DNA from: Candidatus Scalinduaceae bacterium
Lineage (GTDB): Bacteria; Planctomycetota; Brocadiia; Brocadiales; Scalinduaceae
Reading direction: 5' to 3'
Length of the DNA: 64,000 nt
Assembly (NCBI GenBank): GCA_046759445.1
Contig: JBHICG010000007.1
Span: forward strand, 29,027 to 93,026
The position numbers and the translations under genes are program-made. Shown here piece after piece: positions 58,119 through 64,000 of this stretch (the stretch's first letter is position 1; every line of letters starts with the position of its first letter). Under the pieces are notes generated by a model that saw only the letters and a list, made by a program, of their open reading frames with translations, had not been told where the DNA came from and ran no database searches.

Positions 58119-58553
58119 CTAAAAACTGCCTGTTATATAGTTCTCGAGCTGTTTAATGGTAAATTCTTGCTCAGTTACGATTCGCTTTACGACATCACCA
58201 ATGCTCACAAGGCCAATCAACTGACCCTCATCCAGGACGGGCAAATGACGGATACGCTTATCCGTAAATAACGCCATACACTCTTTCATTGTCTGCTCAG
58301 GGCTTATATAGCACACCTTAGAATCCATCAGCTCTCTGACGGATGTACTCTTGGAGGATCTTCCCTTTAGAATAACCTTCCTCGCATAATCACGTTCCGA
58401 AAACATTCCCACGACCTTTCCTTCTTCAACTACCACTAATGCACCCAGGTTTTTATCGGCCATTACTTCCAAGGCCATGTATACAGAATCCTGAGGCTCA
58501 ATGGTCCAGACGTCATCAGGTTTGTCTCTTAAGAGTTGCCTGACCGTAATCAT
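58119..58553 (-). CDS. CBS-pair protein
   Basis: GMFSERDYARK, IRHLPV, SIGDVVK motifs. Confidence 0.94.
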   Translation of the reverse strand: MITVRQLLRDKPDDVWTIEPQDSVYMALEVMADKNLGALVVVEEGKVVGMFSERDYARKVILKGRSSKSTSVRELMDSKVCYISPEQTMKECMALFTDKRIRHLPVLDEGQLIGLVSIGDVVKRIVTEQEFTIKQLENYITGSF

Positions 58554-58720
58554 AATGTGATCCCATCCTTTCTTTAACGTTCAAGATCTAAAATTAAGTA
58601 GTCATGAAGTATATTTTGTCAATGTAGTAAAGATTGTAAAAAAGTTTTATATCTTTAACTTTCAAATAGTTACGACTTTTCTGCTTCATTTAACGGATAG
58701 GCTAATATACATTAATAATT

Positions 58721-58736
58721 AGCAAATATAGTACCT
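58721..58736 (-). promoter_or_regulatory. Possible sigma54 -24/-12 promoter for the CBS gene
   Basis: AGGTAC-TATAT-TTGCT (GG-N10-GC); GACAAAATGTC palindrome about 170 bp upstream. Confidence 0.4.
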
Positions 58737-59197
58737 AGATATAAATACGACAAACCTTTTGCAATCAATGTTTTTCTAAGTATTTTAATCAACTTAAGAT
58801 AAAGAATATATCCCAACTACCTATAAAAATGAGATATTAAAACGATATAATACCAAATTGCATAAATTGTCATTTATGAATTAGTTTTCTCATATCCAAG
58901 AGACAAAATGTCATAAACTCATTATTTAGCCTATTGTTGGTATATTTGGCTCAGAAATGGATAGGTAACCCTTGGCAAGATAAGTATTTAGTTGACCCAG
59001 CAACTTTTTTCAAATTTTTGTTAATTAAATGCTTAAACAAAAGACTCCTATATGGCATAAGAATTTTATAAATTGCTGTTATCAGATAACTAAGGTGTTT
59101 CTGCCGAGTAAACTCAATAGTCATTTTAATATTGACAAACTATAAACAAGTTATATTCCCATAAAATAGATAAATGAGAAAAAAGGGTGGTCTTACT

Positions 59198-60067
59198 TTA
59201 TTGCATCAATTGGTTTTCAAACCGAGAGTTTTGCCCGATTACTATAAAGAAAGGATTTAGCAGATTATGTTTGTTATACCTTAGCGGCTCTTTGGCCTGT
59301 ATATCAATGACTCTCCCTCCTGATTGTTCGACAATTACCTGTCCGGCTGCAGTATCCCACTCCATCGTAGGCCCAAATCTCGGATAGACGTCGGCTTTGC
59401 CTTCTGCCACTAGACAAAACTTCAATGAGCTTCCTGCAGATATTAGCTTAACTTCACCATGCTTGTCTTTTATTTTCTCTATAAACTCTGAAAGTTCCTT
59501 TGTTGCATGTGAACGGCTGCCAATGATGGTAGGGGAATCTTTTTTGTTATTAGCACTTAAGGGTAGTTTTTGTGATTTATAGAGTAGTTCTTTCATTGAT
59601 AACTTAGCAGTCATAATTTCACTATTTAAGACCTTATAGGCTCCGAGGCTTGTGGCAGCAAAGTAAAAGGTATCTTTTACTGGTACATAGATAACTCCAA
59701 GAATTGGTTTATTTGCATGAATGAGTGCAATGTTCACGGCAAACTCTCCATTCCTCTTAATAAACTCCTTTGTTCCGTCAAGTGGGTCAACGAGCCAGAA
59801 GTATTCCCATTTCTTTCTTTCATCATATGGGATATCTCTCCCTTCTTCGCTTAATATAGGCAATATCTGGTTATTAACGGTGGTTGTCTTTTTCAGATCA
59901 TCTGCAATAATCTCGTGGGACCGTTTGTCTGCTAAGGTTAAGGGTGACTTGTCATCTTTGTGCTCTACAGCAAAGTCTGAGTCGTATACATCAAGGATCG
60001 CTTCGCCCGCACACTTTGCAGCAAGGAGTACAGGGAGAAGGAATTGATTGTGTCCAGTGCTTTCCAT
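59198..60067 (-). CDS. cysQ: 3'(2'),5'-bisphosphate nucleotidase CysQ
   Basis: SPLTLAD, LSEE, LVDPLDGTKEF, GSSLKFC, EWDTAAG motifs; start uncertain. Confidence 0.95.
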   Translation of the reverse strand: MESTGHNQFLLPVLLAAKCAGEAILDVYDSDFAVEHKDDKSPLTLADKRSHEIIADDLKKTTTVNNQILPILSEEGRDIPYDERKKWEYFWLVDPLDGTKEFIKRNGEFAVNIALIHANKPILGVIYVPVKDTFYFAATSLGAYKVLNSEIMTAKLSMKELLYKSQKLPLSANNKKDSPTIIGSRSHATKELSEFIEKIKDKHGEVKLISAGSSLKFCLVAEGKADVYPRFGPTMEWDTAAGQVIVEQSGGRVIDIQAKEPLRYNKHNLLNPFFIVIGQNSRFENQLMQ

Positions 60068-60141
60068 GGCCTTTATTTTTTTGATTGAGTTTTGTTTTAG
60101 ATTAAAGAATAAATAGATTAAATTACGGGGGTATACCCCTT

Positions 60142-60831
60142 TTAAGTTATTTCCCATCTATCATGCAACCAGTTATAGTGCTCCCTTGGCTTAAAATTGC
60201 CCTTATACGCCATGCTTTGGCATGCCTGCACATAATAACCCAGACAATAATATTTTAAACCAAGAGATCTGGTGTATTCTATTTCTTTCAAAATACTGAA
60301 GATTCCCAAACCCAAATGAGAGACCTTTGCATCATAAATAAAATATACACTATTCAGACAATCCTTACCCTCATCTAAATAACCAAGGCCGATTAATTCA
60401 TCATTAAGATAAAATTCGGACTGTAGGCTTGGTGTTGAGGGTGAGTAAAAGTTAAAGATGAATTCCTCCAGATTACATTCTTCTGAAAAACGTTTAGATG
60501 AATGATCTTTGTAAATCTCAAAGGCCCTTTCGCTAAATTTAAGTGGACCAAAGACTACCTTTATCGCACTATTCTTTTTCAAATTGCGTTTTTGACTCTT
60601 AGTCGGTTTAAATTCATTCGATAAAATTCTAATAGGAATGCATTCACGACAGTCAGGGCAAGAAGGTTGAAAAAAATATATGCCAAACTTTCTCCAGCCT
60701 TTTGCAAGTAAAAATGAAACATCTGATTTGTTGAGTTCACCTGCGAGAAAGTATTTTAACTGTTTTTTTTTATCCGGCAGATATGGGCAAGGACAAGGTT
60801 TTTCGAGTTCTTGACTTTTAAATAAAATCAT
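60142..60831 (-). CDS. ATE1/Bpt-family aminoacyl-tRNA--protein transferase
   Basis: CPYLP, GWRKFG, C..C..C.PIR, SVYF.YD, LGYYV..C.SM.YK motifs. Confidence 0.9.
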   Translation of the reverse strand: MILFKSQELEKPCPCPYLPDKKKQLKYFLAGELNKSDVSFLLAKGWRKFGIYFFQPSCPDCRECIPIRILSNEFKPTKSQKRNLKKNSAIKVVFGPLKFSERAFEIYKDHSSKRFSEECNLEEFIFNFYSPSTPSLQSEFYLNDELIGLGYLDEGKDCLNSVYFIYDAKVSHLGLGIFSILKEIEYTRSLGLKYYCLGYYVQACQSMAYKGNFKPREHYNWLHDRWEIT

Positions 60832-60875
60832 AATTAGCAATGAAAAGATAAAGGTGTTTAAGTGATATACATCCA

Positions 60876-61952
60876 TTATATTGGCATAAGGTCCCTACCT
60901 GCCGCCTTAGCGCCTAATCTCCATGACATTTTGGTTTGCCTTCTTTCCAGTTTTGTAAGTTCCGAATACATAGAAATCGCTCTACCTTTCGATTCAATAC
61001 TCTTGCTTATGGCTTCCGCCGCAAATATTCCCGTCGATAATGCGCATGAAATCCCTTCGCCAAACGCATTTAAAAATCCTGCTGCCTCACCAACCAGAAG
61101 TATGTTTCCCTTTCCCAGATAAAATCTTCCTTTCGGACACATATCGTTACCAAGACAACCAGACTTTCTTACTATCCTTTTGAGTTTGAGACCAAATCTT
61201 TTTTCCAGTAATTCGGTATATTCCAAAAGATAAGACTTAATCTTATTGCCCTGTTTTACGGCAGTACCAAAGATTTGCATGTCATCCTTGACACTAAACC
61301 ACGCATAGACATCACCATACTGTGGTTTCAGAAAACCGTGAAAATAATAGGGGTCTAAGTCAGACCTGCCTTCATAGTAATTCTGATAAGCGACGAACCA
61401 CTTCAATCCTTTTTCAAACTCAGGATCAAGCCTTGCCCTGATTATGGATCTGCTACCTTCTGCACTTACTAAATATTTACACTTAATATCTACTGTTTTA
61501 CTATTTATGTTATCATGGCATTTCAACAATATATGATCACCAACTTCGCTAAAGTCTATAAGGGCAAAACAATCTTTGATCTCTGCCCCCGAGTTTTTAA
61601 CAAGCCAGTAATCATACTTAGACCGCCATACATTTGGCGCTCCTTTGCCGTCTTTACTGAATGGCCAATCAGTATAGTTTACGTCATCACTCCAGAGTCT
61701 TACTCCCTTTAAGAGTTCTGGTGTAACATAAACTGACTTTGGAATTACTCCAAAATATTTTTCCGTCAAATCCTGTGATTTTCTAAAGATGATACCGGAA
61801 CAAATCTTATATCTTGGCAGCTTCTTTTTCTCTAACACCAGCACACTTAAACCTTCGTTTACCAAAACTCTTGCTGACGCTGCACCAGAAGGTCCTGCAC
61901 CTACTATTACAACATCATATTCTCTTTTATGTATGATTTCCTCCGTTACCAT
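60876..61952 (-). CDS. Geranylgeranyl reductase-family FAD oxidoreductase
   Basis: GAGPSG, PRYKICSG, YAW, GEAAG....FGEGI motifs. Confidence 0.88.
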   Translation of the reverse strand: MVTEEIIHKREYDVVIVGAGPSGAASARVLVNEGLSVLVLEKKKLPRYKICSGIIFRKSQDLTEKYFGVIPKSVYVTPELLKGVRLWSDDVNYTDWPFSKDGKGAPNVWRSKYDYWLVKNSGAEIKDCFALIDFSEVGDHILLKCHDNINSKTVDIKCKYLVSAEGSRSIIRARLDPEFEKGLKWFVAYQNYYEGRSDLDPYYFHGFLKPQYGDVYAWFSVKDDMQIFGTAVKQGNKIKSYLLEYTELLEKRFGLKLKRIVRKSGCLGNDMCPKGRFYLGKGNILLVGEAAGFLNAFGEGISCALSTGIFAAEAISKSIESKGRAISMYSELTKLERRQTKMSWRLGAKAAGRDLMPI

Positions 61953-62022
61953 AGCAAAAGAAGAAAGCAAGTTGACAAATCCACCCTCTAATCCACCTTT
62001 AATAAATGGGAAGTGAGGGGGA

Positions 62023-63774
62023 TTATTTAGTGCGAACCTGCTTGCGTGAAAAATAATCCTTCGTCATGCTTATGACTACACCGTTAAGGGCTATAACACC
62101 AATGAGGTTTGGAAATGCCATCAAGCCCAAAGTGATATCAGAGAAATTCCAGACGAATTCTAAATCCATAATTGCACCCACAAAAAGGGCTATGACGTAT
62201 AACCAGCGGTAAGGCAATATTGCATCACGGCCGAATAGGTATTCTGCACAGCGGTCACCATAATATGACCAGCTTATGGCCGTAGAAATGGCAAATAATA
62301 TTAAGCCGAGAGCAACTATAAAACCACCAAAATATGGTATCCCGGTACTGAATGCATTCTTTGTTAGTACTGACGAATCCGCTTTACTTGTCCACTCCCC
62401 AGTGATAATGATTACGAGTGCCGTCATAGTGCAGATGATCAGAGTGTCTATCATAGGTTCCATCATTGCAACGAGGCCTTCACGTACAGGTTCATTTGTC
62501 TTTGCTGCGGCATGAGCAATAGGAGCACTGCCCAGCCCTGCCTCATTAGAAAATGCAGCCCTCTTTACACCCCACGTTATCGTGTACAACACAGTGGCGC
62601 CTGCAAAACCGCCGGCTGCCGCAGTCGGCGTAAAGGCATGCCTGATAATCAGACAAAACGATTCTGGTATCTTGGTATAATTCCATAATATAATAAAGAG
62701 CGCTCCAGCAACGTAAAGAGAGGACATAAAGGGCACAAGCTTACTTGCAACCTTTCCTATCCTCCTGATGCCACCAATAATTACCAGGCCCACGATTACG
62801 GAAATTATTACACCGATAATCCCTCTTAAGAAAAACTTTTCTGGTGTAAACGTGCCTATCATGCCATCTTTAATCTTATTAATATTACCGTCTTCATTTA
62901 CAAATCCAAGTTCTTCTACTGACTTACCATCATTCAGGGACACAAGCGTAAACTCATCTTCACCACTTGTCATGTCTTTAATTTCAATACTATTTTTATC
63001 CGTAGCTGTTACGGCAAAAACAAACCTTGGAGAATTCTCTGGATGATTGTTTATGGCATACAACAAATCACCAATAGTCCTCGCATGGGACATATCAATC
63101 GCAAGTGTCCTGCCATCTCTTACGTTTATGACAAAATCTGCACCTTCAACTGTGCTCACACCATTCCCATTGTTTAACTTGGATAAGGGAGTGTCATTGT
63201 AATATTTCTGTGTAGCAAAGTGGTCAATAAAGGCAATTGTCATTGAGTTTGACTGTACCATATTACCGCCGCCAAATGTAGCCACAAGGCCACAAGTAGC
63301 AAAGAGTACCGCTAACCACCTGAAGTTCTTGCCTAATCCCTTTTCAATATAATACATTGGACCGCCACTCACAGTACCGTCTTCATGAACGACACGGTAC
63401 TTCTGTGCAAGAGTGCATTCTGCATATTTAGTAACCATACCAAAGAATGCAGATATCCACATCCAGAAGAGGGCGCCTGGACCACCGGCATGTATGGCAG
63501 TTGCAACTCCTGCAATATTGCCAACTCCAACGGTTGCAGAAAGAGCCGCACAGAGCGCCTGAAAATGTGTTATATCGCCCGCATCAGCAGGGTTATCATA
63601 TTTGCCTCTCGTAATAGCTATACTGTGCCAGATCCTTCTGAATTGTGGAAAGATGAGCCTTATGCTAAAATAAACACCTGTACCCACAAGCAGGATAACC
63701 AGTGGCATACTCCATATATAGCTGGCCACTTTTCCCAGGAATTTAGTTATCTCGTCTAAAAAAGCTACATTCAT
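62023..63774 (-). CDS. Alanine/glycine:cation symporter (AGCS) with inserted extracellular domain
   Basis: VGVGNIAGVA, GGPMYY, FSNEAGLGSAPIAHA, DTLIICT, WSYYG motifs. Confidence 0.94.
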   Translation of the reverse strand: MNVAFLDEITKFLGKVASYIWSMPLVILLVGTGVYFSIRLIFPQFRRIWHSIAITRGKYDNPADAGDITHFQALCAALSATVGVGNIAGVATAIHAGGPGALFWMWISAFFGMVTKYAECTLAQKYRVVHEDGTVSGGPMYYIEKGLGKNFRWLAVLFATCGLVATFGGGNMVQSNSMTIAFIDHFATQKYYNDTPLSKLNNGNGVSTVEGADFVINVRDGRTLAIDMSHARTIGDLLYAINNHPENSPRFVFAVTATDKNSIEIKDMTSGEDEFTLVSLNDGKSVEELGFVNEDGNINKIKDGMIGTFTPEKFFLRGIIGVIISVIVGLVIIGGIRRIGKVASKLVPFMSSLYVAGALFIILWNYTKIPESFCLIIRHAFTPTAAAGGFAGATVLYTITWGVKRAAFSNEAGLGSAPIAHAAAKTNEPVREGLVAMMEPMIDTLIICTMTALVIIITGEWTSKADSSVLTKNAFSTGIPYFGGFIVALGLILFAISTAISWSYYGDRCAEYLFGRDAILPYRWLYVIALFVGAIMDLEFVWNFSDITLGLMAFPNLIGVIALNGVVISMTKDYFSRKQVRTK

Positions 63775-63811
63775 AAGTGGTAAGGGTTATAGTATGTATA
63801 CAAAAAATTTT

Positions 63812-64000
63812 CACCGCAAAGTCGCAAAGAGTACAAAGTTTTAAAGATCCACAGTCTAATTTTATTCCTTTATAAGATACCGCAAGAGGTTTTTGCCGTT
63901 CAAAACTAAAGCCCTTGATAGTCAATTCATGACAAAGACATTCTTCGTAGGGTGGATTAAGCCCCCACAGCTTGCTAGCGCAAGCTAGCAGTGGGGGCGA
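63812..64000 (-). pseudogene. GxxExxY gene remnant flanked by CTTTGCG 9-mers and a GTAG REP
   Basis: 63949 to 63848 reads YEECLCHELTIKGFSFERQKPLAVSYKGIKLDCG; REP with 36-bp insert runs to the window edge. Confidence 0.75.

Overview
AT-rich bacterial chromosome segment. Gene content (GlpX-like/TPR fusion, FxLYD coiled-coil protein, Na+-handling genes, repeat families) suggests an anammox planctomycete (Brocadiales/Scalindua-like); this is inference, not verified. From left to right: a 10-gene Mrp Na+/H+ antiporter cluster with three MrpD/A-like subunits, a stand-alone Cache sensor, NhaD, Usp and a decayed IS3-family element, the whole block bracketed by an intact and a decayed copy of an FxLYD gene; serA; tRNA-fMet; trxA-ccdA plus a 39-aa desulforedoxin missing from the ORF track; a sigma54 two-component pair; sulfotransferase with E1 alpha/beta; tRNA-Glu; GDH; hsp20-hsp20-dnaJ; rpsU; a B12 radical SAM next to a catalytically degenerate GlpX-TPR-HhH fusion; a putative Fur-controlled porin locus; an SSS transporter with M20D/YbdK; an ECF sigma module; and agcS-GGR-ate-cysQ. 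Best candidate for an undescribed system: a three-gene exported cassette at 51249-54442 (MauG-type His/Tyr di-heme enzyme, Tat metallophosphoesterase with a WxW motif, SoxA/TsdA-like His/Cys cytochrome) sitting between two rpiB copies. Second: a nested set of palindromic micro-elements in the intergenic DNA, including REP junctions at the same codon of GxxExxY gene remnants. No CRISPR array, rRNA, integrase or prophage was seen.
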